From: Patescibacteria group bacterium
Lineage (GTDB): Bacteria; Patescibacteriota; UBA1384; XYA2-FULL-43-10; 1-14-0-10-43-13
Direction: 5' to 3'
Length of the DNA stretch: 64,000 nt
NCBI GenBank assembly: GCA_041666325.1
Contig: JBAYHC010000001.1
Span: 393,708 to 457,707 of the forward strand
Shown here piece by piece: positions 55,802 through 64,000 of this stretch (the stretch's first letter is position 1; every line of letters starts with the position of its first letter). Made by a program: the position numbers and the translations under genes. The notes under the pieces are model-generated. The model saw only the letters and a list, made by a program, of their open reading frames with translations, searched no databases and had not been told where the DNA came from.

Positions 55802-57283
55802 TTATTTGTCTTTTTGGTCCAGGGGCCGCATCAAGGGGAAAATCTGACATTCTCGAGCAGAGCGGTTGGACAAAAAGGCAAACAATCTCTCAGAGACACC
55901 AAATCCTGTCGTTGGTGGCATTCCATACTCGAGTGCCTCAACAAAATCCGTATCATTCATTTGTGCTTCTTCATCTCCGGCTTCACGTAATCTTGCTTGC
56001 TCTTCAAAACGCTGTCGCTGGTCGATCGGATCATTCAACTCAGAGTATCCTTTCCCCATCTCACTGCCACCGAGAATCACCTGAAATTGTTCAACCTTCC
56101 GAGGGTCATCAGACTTACGCTTTGCGAGTGGGCAGACTTCGACTGGATGGTTAATCAGAAAAACCGGTCCCCCAATCCCCTTGCGGATCTTTTTCCAGAG
56201 AGTATCGATCAACCGCCCGCGGCCATCTGCTTCATCAAAATGTAAATTTAAACTAGACAGCTTTTCTCGCAGCTCGTCCTCTGAAGCCTCCAGCACATCG
56301 ATTCCAATCTTATCCTTGATTGTATCAACATAATCTATCTCGCCCCATTGGCCCGATAGATCGACTTCGAATTCGCCAATTTGAAACTTAAGAGTACCAA
56401 AAGTCTTCTCCGCCACGTGCTTATACATCTCTTCAACTAAAACCATAGAATCCTTGTAGTCAGCATACGCCCAGTAATACTCCATCTGGGAGTAATCTTG
56501 AAGATGTTCTCGGCTCATACCTTCATTGCGAAACTGCCGGCCAATCTCAAAGGTTTTTTCGAACCCACCGACCATTAATCGTTTTTGCCACAGCTCACCC
56601 ATAGAAATACGGAGATATACGTCAATATCGAGAGCGTTGTGATGTGTAATAAACGGGTTGGCATCAGCACCACCAGCAGTTGTCTCGAGAACAGGAGTCT
56701 CAACCTCCAAAAAACCTTTTTGTTTTAAGAAATCACGCATTGAAGACCAAAATCGTTCCTTCTTGTAGAAAAGCTCTCGCAATGATGGATTAATAACCAG
56801 ATCAAGGTAGCGTTTGCGCAGTCTCGTCTCTTCGTCCTGCAGCCCTGCCCTCTTCTCTGGTAATGGCCGAAGCGACTTGGAGAGGATCTTAATCTTGGTC
56901 GCTTCTATCGAGGTTTCACCCGCCTGAGTCACAAAAACTTTACCCACCACCTCAGCAAAATCTCCAATATCCAATAGAGGCACTATCTCCATCTGGTCCG
57001 CCAAAATATCAGACTTAAACATGGCCTGAATCTTACCCGTTTCATCAACAATATCGCAAAAGACAAGCTTGCCGTGCCCACGAATAGCCATGATTCTTCC
57101 AGCAACAACAACCTCTTTGCCCGCATCGATCAACTTGGATTGATTGTCCAAAACCTCCGAGGCAGAGTGGTCTCTGGCTGATTTCGATGGGTATGTATTT
57201 ATACCCATCTCTTGCAATCGCTTCATCTTCTCTGTCCGATTGGCAATTAGCTCTTTTTCAGTTTTTCCAACTGTTGTATCCAT
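55802..57283 (-). CDS. lysS: lysyl-tRNA synthetase (class II)
   Basis: It has an N-terminal OB domain. Motif 2 'FEIGRQFRNEGMSREHLQDYSQMEYY' and motif 3 are present, within a typical length of about 490 aa. Confidence 0.9.
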   Translation of the reverse strand: MDTTVGKTEKELIANRTEKMKRLQEMGINTYPSKSARDHSASEVLDNQSKLIDAGKEVVVAGRIMAIRGHGKLVFCDIVDETGKIQAMFKSDILADQMEIVPLLDIGDFAEVVGKVFVTQAGETSIEATKIKILSKSLRPLPEKRAGLQDEETRLRKRYLDLVINPSLRELFYKKERFWSSMRDFLKQKGFLEVETPVLETTAGGADANPFITHHNALDIDVYLRISMGELWQKRLMVGGFEKTFEIGRQFRNEGMSREHLQDYSQMEYYWAYADYKDSMVLVEEMYKHVAEKTFGTLKFQIGEFEVDLSGQWGEIDYVDTIKDKIGIDVLEASEDELREKLSSLNLHFDEADGRGRLIDTLWKKIRKGIGGPVFLINHPVEVCPLAKRKSDDPRKVEQFQVILGGSEMGKGYSELNDPIDQRQRFEEQARLREAGDEEAQMNDTDFVEALEYGMPPTTGFGVSERLFAFLSNRSARECQIFPLMRPLDQKDK

Positions 57284-57314
57284 TAGGTCCTCTCATATGA
57301 AAATATTCAACAAG

Positions 57315-57343
57315 AGTATAGCAGAATTTTCGCTTTCTGTGAA
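57315..57343 (-). promoter_or_regulatory. candidate promoter for lysS (-35 TTCACA, 17 bp, -10 TATACT)
   Basis: It is read on the minus strand, about 30 nt upstream of the GAGAGGA RBS. Confidence 0.4.
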
Positions 57344-57570
57344 CCTAGAAGGAAAATGTCGCCCGGCAATGCCGCACGATACAAGATTTGAAAAATCATC
57401 ACGACAGGTATGGCCAAACCAGACGAACGTTTCGCGCCTATTTACTCACATAAATCAGGTGCGATAATGAGCCTAACCACAAAAAAACGAGAGAGGGGTC
57501 CACGTCCTAACTCAGTGTAATACTTTCTATGATTACTGATTTGATTGTGCATTAATTAAATAAGGAAAAA

Positions 57571-59175
57571 ATGTCGAGCGGATCTCCCGCTAGTAGCGCG
57601 ATGAAAACTGACGGTGCCCCCATAGTCCAAAACAGATGCAACACGTGTCTGGACGAACTTAACAGTTCTCTTTCCAAAGCCCTAACCCCCATTGGAATTC
57701 AGGCAAGCAATTCGAAACTGTTCAAAGGCGCGATTTTTGGTCGCGACTCTCTTCGTGTTGCCCTCGATCTTCTACCCTGGCATTCGTCGGTTGCACTTCT
57801 TGCCATAACCAGCTTGGGCAGGCTTCAGGGCAATAAACATGACAACGATAGCGAAGAGGAGCCTGGAAAAATTCCTCACGAATATCGTTCTCTCTTCCTC
57901 GAGGACAAGAAGATTAATCGAGACCAACAGAGAATTTTGCAGGCCCTTGGAAAGCAGTGGGGATGGAATCGAAATAAAAAAGAGGTTTGCTATTACGGCA
58001 GCATAGATGCGACACCCCAATTTATCAGACTCGTCTCAAAGTACTGTCTGTTATATGGGGACGACATTCTTGAGCAAGAAATCAAACATCAAGACGGCGA
58101 ACGAACCACCGTTCGAGAAATTGCCCTGAGGTCAGCTCGATGGCTCGCTCAAAAACTTAAACAATCTGATATTGGACTACTCGAATTCTGTCGCACAAAT
58201 CCGCGCGGCATCAAATGGCAAGTACTAAGAGATGGGTCGACTGCCTATATTCATCCCAACGGTTCTCTCGCAAACTTTCAAGCACCTATTGCATCCATAG
58301 AAGTTCAGGGACTAGCATTCGATGCCCTACTGAGTGCAGTGAATTTGTTTGAGGACAGCTACCCGAGAGAGACACGACAGTGGCAGAGGCTAGCCAAAAA
58401 ACTCCAAAGAAACACTCTCTCGCTCTTTTGGATACCAGAATCTCAGTTCTTTGCCATGGCGCTAGACCGGGATAAGAACGGGCAAGTGCGGCAAGTCAAA
58501 ACGCTCACAACCCTGCCAGGCGAACTGCTAGAAAGCAACATATTTGATAACATCCCAGTAGAAGATCGGCAACAATATGTCTCATCCATCGCTAAAAGTT
58601 GTTTCTCGGCAGAATTCCTGACCGATGTCGGCATCCGCGCTCGAGCCTTGCGCCACTTTGGGGCGCTGGATTACTGCGATTACCAAGGCTCAGCAGTATC
58701 TTGGCCAGTAATGACAAATATCTTAGCTTTAGGCTTCCGCAAGCAAGGGCTACTACTACTCGCCAACGATCTAGAAAAGAGAATGATGAACGCAGTCACA
58801 ATTTCTCATTCTCTGAGCGAGTTCTTTTATGTTACACGTGAGGGTCATGTTAATTATCACCCCAAGTGCGCTTCCACACTACCCAGATCCGATAATAATG
58901 TTATTTATGGCACTAATATCCCGGAGCACATTCAAGCATGGACCGTTTCAGCTGTACTTAGGGCCAAAATCACTTCAGAGCAATTGGCCGAACCTAACTC
59001 TGGTCAAAACTATCTCGAGCTTGAATCGGATCTCCTCTCTGAGTTCGGTACACGTTTGATCAACCCAGAAGAGGCAGAAGCGATAAGCACTGGCCAGTCA
59101 TCCTTGCACATCGATCGCGAGGAGGGTATCAGGCGCGAGGTTGCCCTCCTGGAGTACAACAAACGTTTACTTTGA
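57571..59175 (+). CDS. amylo-alpha-1,6-glucosidase / glycogen-debranching-enzyme-like (GDE_C) protein
   Basis: 'EEPGKIPHE' and 'YYGSIDATPQFIRLV' are signature segments of the GDE C-terminal (alpha/alpha)6 domain. Confidence 0.65.
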   Translation: MSSGSPASSAMKTDGAPIVQNRCNTCLDELNSSLSKALTPIGIQASNSKLFKGAIFGRDSLRVALDLLPWHSSVALLAITSLGRLQGNKHDNDSEEEPGKIPHEYRSLFLEDKKINRDQQRILQALGKQWGWNRNKKEVCYYGSIDATPQFIRLVSKYCLLYGDDILEQEIKHQDGERTTVREIALRSARWLAQKLKQSDIGLLEFCRTNPRGIKWQVLRDGSTAYIHPNGSLANFQAPIASIEVQGLAFDALLSAVNLFEDSYPRETRQWQRLAKKLQRNTLSLFWIPESQFFAMALDRDKNGQVRQVKTLTTLPGELLESNIFDNIPVEDRQQYVSSIAKSCFSAEFLTDVGIRARALRHFGALDYCDYQGSAVSWPVMTNILALGFRKQGLLLLANDLEKRMMNAVTISHSLSEFFYVTREGHVNYHPKCASTLPRSDNNVIYGTNIPEHIQAWTVSAVLRAKITSEQLAEPNSGQNYLELESDLLSEFGTRLINPEEAEAISTGQSSLHIDREEGIRREVALLEYNKRLL

Positions 59176-59196
59176 GACCTAAATCGAACATCGAAA

Positions 59197-60243
59197 CTAT
59201 TTATAGAGAATCTTCATCTGGCTGTCCGGAACAGACAGGCTGGGGCTGAACGAAATTGGCAGCTTGGCCGACAGGAGATTGAGGAGTGGATTTTGCTTCG
59301 GTGTTTCGTACTCTACGACCGATGGATCAGATAGATGTGCGCTCTTTTTGAGCCCTTCGAGCGCTGCATCGAAAGTGGCAATCTCGTCCACAAGGTTTTG
59401 CTCCATTGCTGCCTTGGCCGTAAATATTCTGCCATCAGAAATTGCTTTTGCCTTCGACTCGTCCAAATTTCGTTCTGCCTTCACTGCTCCGACGAGAGAG
59501 TCGAAACTGTCATTCAGTATAGCCTCGATTACACTCCTGTCCCCTAATGTCATCTCTCGCCACGGAGAGCCGGAGTCCTTGAATTCGCCGGATTTAAGAA
59601 CGATCTGTTTGTAGCCAATTTTATCAGCAACTCCAGTATAATTCGGCACCTGCATAATAACACCAATGCTACCGACGATTGAGTGTGGGTAGGCAACTAT
59701 CTTCTTCGCACCGATTACAGCATAGTACGCCCCGGAAGCAGCGATTTGATCTATGTAGGCGACTGTTTCCTTCGTCACTGAGAGGTCCTTAATTGCATCG
59801 TAAATTTGAGCGCTGGCAACAGCCTCGCCACCAGGAGAGTTTATTTTGAAGAGAACTGCCTTTACGTTTCCATCCTCTTTTGCCGCCTTGATTTGCCGCA
59901 AGATCATATCTTGATGGAGATAGCCACCGGAAGCTTGGCTCAACCCAGATTCCTCAGAGGTAATCTCTCCCTTGAACGGAATGACCGCAATTTTGTCAAA
60001 ACCGATTCCACCTGAAATAATTTTTTCGGTCGTAATATTCTGGCTCCCCTTACTAAAAGGCAGAGAAACAAGAGAGAGGAAAATGAAGAAAACCAGAATG
60101 CCAAACAACACGCCAAGACACTTCCCCAAATACCTTCTAAAGTTATTGAGAAATTCCCCGTTCCAGTTTAGTCGCGGTCGGAAAATTCTTGTAATAAAAT
60201 TTTTGTAGCCAGTGGCTACTCTGTTTAGGCCTTCTTTGCTCAT
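59197..60243 (-). CDS. sppA: signal peptide peptidase SppA (S49, 36K type)
   Basis: It has an N-terminal TM. '...IAASGAYYAVIGAKKIVAYPHSIVGSIGVI' contains the catalytic Ser region and a Lys region follows. Confidence 0.8.
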   Translation of the reverse strand: MSKEGLNRVATGYKNFITRIFRPRLNWNGEFLNNFRRYLGKCLGVLFGILVFFIFLSLVSLPFSKGSQNITTEKIISGGIGFDKIAVIPFKGEITSEESGLSQASGGYLHQDMILRQIKAAKEDGNVKAVLFKINSPGGEAVASAQIYDAIKDLSVTKETVAYIDQIAASGAYYAVIGAKKIVAYPHSIVGSIGVIMQVPNYTGVADKIGYKQIVLKSGEFKDSGSPWREMTLGDRSVIEAILNDSFDSLVGAVKAERNLDESKAKAISDGRIFTAKAAMEQNLVDEIATFDAALEGLKKSAHLSDPSVVEYETPKQNPLLNLLSAKLPISFSPSLSVPDSQMKILYK

Positions 60244-60349
60244 ATCTCTCCTACTTATATAGGTGTATTAAAGCATAAATTGACTCGCCCTATCAACAAA
60301 AAAACCGGGCCATGACAGCACCGGGTTGGGAAATAAAACAAAATTGAAA

Positions 60350-61837
60350 TCACGGCACAAGCTTAACGCTCGGCCGAGAGAGAATGGCCTGGGCAGCCTC
60401 GAGTACCATTTGCTCCATCTGTAAGTGCTCGATCAGGGCCCGTCTCTCCTTGATCGCCGTTGCGATATCAGTCGAGGGTTCGCCCTGAACAATGGCCGGA
60501 TGGACGCTGAGCAAGCGAGCAATAACGCTAGCACCATCGGACGGAAACTGAATGAGAGGCGCTATTTCCGTCGGAGCAACCGCGGCGGACACAACGGCAA
60601 CGGGTGCAACTTTACCCTTCCGCTGTCTGGCAGATGCCTCAGTCGCTTTGCTATTGGGCGGCACAACCACCGAATCGGACACTGCCCACGAAACGCCTCT
60701 CTCGATCAACTTGGGCACAACCACGTCCAGACGGTAAACATGGCCGGATAGGAAATCGATACCGCCGAGCGTGATATTGCCACGCTGGAGCAAAACGTCG
60801 CTGCCCTTGCCCCGAACGTAGCCCTCAGCCTCGCTGCCCTCAAGCATGGTCTCGATAACAAGGCCGACATACGGCCTGATAGCGAAGGGATGCGTTCTGA
60901 GCAATTTTGCCAAGGCCTCAACATTAACAACACCTCTCTCCAGCCGGCTGAACCCAGCCCAAATTGCACAAACAATCGATAATTGTTTCGGGGTTGCAAT
61001 GATATTATGCGTTTTGGCCTTCTCCATCACTGTCTCCTCTCTGGCAACCGGATTGGGATCGACTGCGATGTTCTTGACTGCTGATCGCGTCGGCACCTCG
61101 CTTGTCATGGTTGCGCGCATTTGCACAAGAGCAGACGCCTGCAGTCTTGAGACGTGCATCTGACTGCTCCCGATCACTTTTGCTACCTCAGTCTGAGATA
61201 GCCCGCGCAAGAAACGCAGCTCAATGACTTTCTTGAGCCGTGGCGGCAAGCGATCAACAGCATCCCTCAATTCGTCACTTTCGACGACCGCCTGAATTGC
61301 CCTGTCTTCTTCTCCATAGCGATCTTCAAAAAAACTTCCGTCCCCATCATCCGCAGAAGAAAAATCCTGATCGATCGACAGGGGCGAAGAAGAGGCCCTA
61401 AACGTTAGCGCCTCAAGAACTTCGTTCTCGCTCACACCAAGGATATCAGCCAGCATGTCCGGGGTTGTCTCGACTCCTTCGCCGGCCATCTCATCCTCGA
61501 GTTTACTGATGCAATAAACCAACTCCCGGAGTGATCGCGGCACTTTGAGGCGTTGTTCCTTGTCACGGAAGTACCTCCTAATCTCTCCGATAATACAAGG
61601 AGTGGCATAAGTAGAAAGTTTGAGCCCACGGCGGGCATCAAAACGATCAACGGCGTTGATCAGACCAATGTTTCCAACCTGAACCAGGTCTTCAAGCGGA
61701 ACTCCCCTGCCAACAAAGCGCCTGGCAAGTTTCTCAACCAAGCCCTGATTGGCCATGATGACCTGATCTCTCAATCTGGCATCGCCCGTGCGAGAGAAGA
61801 GATCGGTTATCTCCATCTCCTCAGCTGTGGCCGGCAT
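60350..61837 (-). CDS. group-3 (SigB/SigF-like) sigma-70 family factor fused to a C-terminal extension of about 240 aa
   Basis: Region 2 'DLVQVGNIGLINAVDRFD...LSTYATPCIIGEIRRYFRD' is close to B. subtilis SigB. Region 4 is 'LSQTEVAKVIGSSQMHVSRLQ'. The remaining 240 aa or so have no sigma homology. Confidence 0.75.
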   Translation of the reverse strand: MPATAEEMEITDLFSRTGDARLRDQVIMANQGLVEKLARRFVGRGVPLEDLVQVGNIGLINAVDRFDARRGLKLSTYATPCIIGEIRRYFRDKEQRLKVPRSLRELVYCISKLEDEMAGEGVETTPDMLADILGVSENEVLEALTFRASSSPLSIDQDFSSADDGDGSFFEDRYGEEDRAIQAVVESDELRDAVDRLPPRLKKVIELRFLRGLSQTEVAKVIGSSQMHVSRLQASALVQMRATMTSEVPTRSAVKNIAVDPNPVAREETVMEKAKTHNIIATPKQLSIVCAIWAGFSRLERGVVNVEALAKLLRTHPFAIRPYVGLVIETMLEGSEAEGYVRGKGSDVLLQRGNITLGGIDFLSGHVYRLDVVVPKLIERGVSWAVSDSVVVPPNSKATEASARQRKGKVAPVAVVSAAVAPTEIAPLIQFPSDGASVIARLLSVHPAIVQGEPSTDIATAIKERRALIEHLQMEQMVLEAAQAILSRPSVKLVP

Positions 61838-62004
61838 CCATTATCACCTCCTCTCAATCGGCAACACCTTCGGGGATTATACAACTTTTTGCCACAACAA
61901 TCAAGGCTAAGCACCAAAAAAATATCCGAGCAATCATCGGCCCAGGATTGAAAAAGACCTATTTTTGTGTTATGGTACTGATGTCCGAAGAAAGAGGTAC
62001 ATCG

Positions 62005-63006
62005 ATGAACAAGCCTTGCGCATGGTTGTCGCTCACCGCCGCCTGCAACAATCGCTGCCGGTGGTGCTATGAACACAAAGTGGTGCCGAGCATACTACAC
62101 ATGCCATTGGAACGAGCAATTTCTATCATCGAGAATCTGGCAAAACTTGGTTTCGGCTCCATTACTCTTCTAGGCGGAGAGCCGCTACTCTACCCCTTCC
62201 TGCCGGAAGTCGCCCGCCGGGCCAAAGAGTTGGGCCTGGAAGTTTGTATGATTACCAATGGCCGTGCCGGTGCACAAAGGAAGTTTCTGGAGGTCATCCA
62301 AGATGTTGAGATGATCGCCTTCACCGTCTTCTCAGTGAATCCCGATGTCCACAACTCCATAGCCAAAGCCAGTGCTTGGGATGAGACAATAGCAGGAATG
62401 ACAATGGCAATTCAGGCAGGTAAAGCCTGCTGCGTCAACTTGGTTGTTGGGGAACAAAACTATGCCGATGCGAGCGAAACTTTACGTTTTTTTGACAGTT
62501 TGGGAATTGCCGTTATCGTCAGCCCCGCTCTTCCCAGAGTTTGCGGCTCCCTTGATCATATCGATGGCCAGGAAGCTCTGCACCCCCAACGCTTTGCTGA
62601 TCTTATTGGTCATTTGGCTGGAGAGTTTGGCACAGATCAAAACATTCAGTATGTATTTGAGGCCCCGCTCTGTCTGCTCGACAGAAGCACGTACGACAGC
62701 CTAGTTGAAACTAACAAAATCGCCGGCGATTGTAAGATCGGCCCAGAGCGAATAGTCATCAACGTAACGGGTCAGGTTGTGCCGTGCAACGTACTCGAGA
62801 CAGAGATTATGTTCGAAGAGTTAGGTAGCGCCGCTGAGTTCATTGATCTGTGGCAGGGGCAGGTCAAAGCAAAACGCAATCAGCTCTTGACGATGAGTCC
62901 CAAGTGCACAAGCTGTGCACTTTTGCCCAATTGCCACGGCGGCTGTCCGCTCGTCTGGCGCTATTGGAACCTAGAGAACATTATCATACCAGTTACAACT
63001 CAGTAG
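62005..63006 (+). CDS. radical SAM protein with C-terminal SPASM/twitch-like Cys cluster
   Basis: The ORF track gives 61948..63006. The ATG at 62005 is preceded by AAGAGG, so the gene is called from there. 'CNNRCRWC' is the CxxxCxxC motif, 'GGEPLL' is present, and the C-terminus carries 'CTSCALLPNCHGGCP'. Confidence 0.7.
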   Translation: MNKPCAWLSLTAACNNRCRWCYEHKVVPSILHMPLERAISIIENLAKLGFGSITLLGGEPLLYPFLPEVARRAKELGLEVCMITNGRAGAQRKFLEVIQDVEMIAFTVFSVNPDVHNSIAKASAWDETIAGMTMAIQAGKACCVNLVVGEQNYADASETLRFFDSLGIAVIVSPALPRVCGSLDHIDGQEALHPQRFADLIGHLAGEFGTDQNIQYVFEAPLCLLDRSTYDSLVETNKIAGDCKIGPERIVINVTGQVVPCNVLETEIMFEELGSAAEFIDLWQGQVKAKRNQLLTMSPKCTSCALLPNCHGGCPLVWRYWNLENIIIPVTTQ

Positions 63007-63024
63007 CTTATCTTCGCCCAGCGC

Positions 63025-63645
63025 CTAGCCGACTGGGCGTTTTTCATTCTTCTTGAGGTTTTCCTCAATTGTCTCCTCGAGCTCGTCCAGCAAGGTATCA
63101 AACATCTCGAGAAGAACCGGATTCTGAGAGACATGCGGCAGCGCATAGTCGCGCGACTCCTCCTTGGTCGCATACTCACGATGCCACTCAACTTTCTTCG
63201 AGATTGAATACTGTAAGGTGTGGCTAATCTTATCCAGACCCTTGGCAATCTTGGCCTCGATCGTCTCACCCGCTTCGTACTCCTGCCACAGCTTCATAAA
63301 CTTGCCTGCTAGGTCAGCTGGCAACAAACCGAACACTCTCTTGGCTGATACGAGCTCATTTTGCCGCTTTATTGCTTTGCCGGCAGTGTCTGGCACCCAG
63401 TCATCCTTGGTATCAATTTCAACCAGATCGTGCACAAGAATCATCCTATAAGTCCGGGGTAAGTCACACTTAATCCCTAAATCATCCTCAAGCGCCAGGA
63501 GCATTAGGGCAAGATACCAGGAGTGCTCGGCATCATTTTCTCTCCGAGCTTTGTCCGAAAGGTACGGAATGCGCTCGACTAATTTCAGCCTCTCCGCCTC
63601 CTTGAGAAAGTTGATAATTTTTGTCAGCCTTTTATCCTCTTGCAT
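63025..63645 (-). CDS. HD-domain phosphohydrolase (YfbR/HDDC2-like 5'-deoxynucleotidase)
   Basis: 'ENDAEHSWYLALMLL' and '...LVHDLVEIDT' are the H...HD...D metal ligands. Confidence 0.8.
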   Translation of the reverse strand: MQEDKRLTKIINFLKEAERLKLVERIPYLSDKARRENDAEHSWYLALMLLALEDDLGIKCDLPRTYRMILVHDLVEIDTKDDWVPDTAGKAIKRQNELVSAKRVFGLLPADLAGKFMKLWQEYEAGETIEAKIAKGLDKISHTLQYSISKKVEWHREYATKEESRDYALPHVSQNPVLLEMFDTLLDELEETIEENLKKNEKRPVG

Positions 63646-63862
63646 TGCACCAATTTAACACATCTCTTCGTCTCTAACCATACCTTTGGCAAGACTCCCG
63701 TTCCGAAAAACACTGAACAGGATTGCCTATTGCATTATTTTTGGTTTTATGCTATTATATAACCAGTTTGAAGCCTCTCGTCATCGTTAGTTGGATTTTT
63801 GCATAAACGGATTGAGAAACGCCAAACGGGTCGATTTATTAGAAATTTATGTTAGGAATCCT

Positions 63863-64000
63863 ATGCAAGAAGAGGCAAATAAGCTCTATATTGGCAATCT
63901 GTCATTTGCAGTTACCGATGACCAGCTTCTCGAATTGTTCAGCGCCCTTGAGGGTGTCGACGTAGTTGACGCCAAAGTCATCACCGACCGTGAATCCGGT
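63863..64000 (+). CDS. RRM-domain RNA-binding protein (5' partial, runs off the window)
   Basis: 'KLYIGNLSFAVTDDQLLELF' is an RNP-2 motif at the correct position. Confidence 0.7.
   Translation, partial: MQEEANKLYIGNLSFAVTDDQLLELFSALEGVDVVDAKVITDRESG

Noticed and set aside
57284-57570. T-box or lysine riboswitch leader for lysS
   Set aside because: The roughly 30-nt distance from the candidate -10 box to the ATG leaves no room for a T-box or L-box structure. No T-box 'AATTAGGGTGGNACCGCG' sequence was seen.
1-64000. CRISPR array
   Set aside because: No series of equally spaced direct repeats of 24-48 nt was found. The repeats present are single or paired copies at distant or adjacent sites, not regularly spaced arrays.

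Overview
This is a 64 kb window of fairly AT-rich (about 40-45% GC) bacterial DNA, densely coded on both strands with the standard genetic code. The long ORFs have no in-frame stops.

The content is dominated by cell-envelope and secreted proteins. These include four MacB/FtsX-type ABC permeases with their ATPases (one tandem permease pair) and one ABC-2 exporter. There are five paralogous secreted LytM (M23)-like proteins whose metal-binding motifs are degenerate, plus one intact M23 peptidase. There are also two BNR-repeat propeller proteins, a 1214-aa LPXTG-anchored protein and a secreted protein built from cysteine-pair repeats.

Housekeeping genes include LysRS, Maf, an Asp racemase, an aldose 1-epimerase, a GDE-like glucosidase, SppA, a group-3 sigma factor, HD hydrolases, an RRM protein and tRNA-Arg(CCG).

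The most unusual items are the following.
(1) A co-directional block at 1.6-5.9 kb with higher GC. It encodes a His-rich hypothetical protein, two tandem paralogous EndoIII-like HhH-GPD/Fe-S glycosylase genes and a ParB-nuclease-domain protein.
(2) A 32.9-40 kb cluster that resembles an FtsEX/EnvC-type module: a coiled-coil secreted protein, a degenerate LytM protein, an ABC ATPase and two FtsX-like permeases. A decayed fragment of another LytM paralog lies beside it.
(3) A roughly 0.6 kb insertion at about 60% GC. It carries a TTG-start orphan gene with its own terminator, truncates a TehB-like methyltransferase gene and abuts a 152-bp hairpin element.
(4) Several families of dispersed or duplicated intergenic elements, including candidate structured leaders upstream of a Ham1-like gene and a membrane-protein gene.

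No CRISPR array, rRNA or obvious transposase gene was seen. All functional calls come from motif-level reading of the translations and are hypotheses until checked by database searches.
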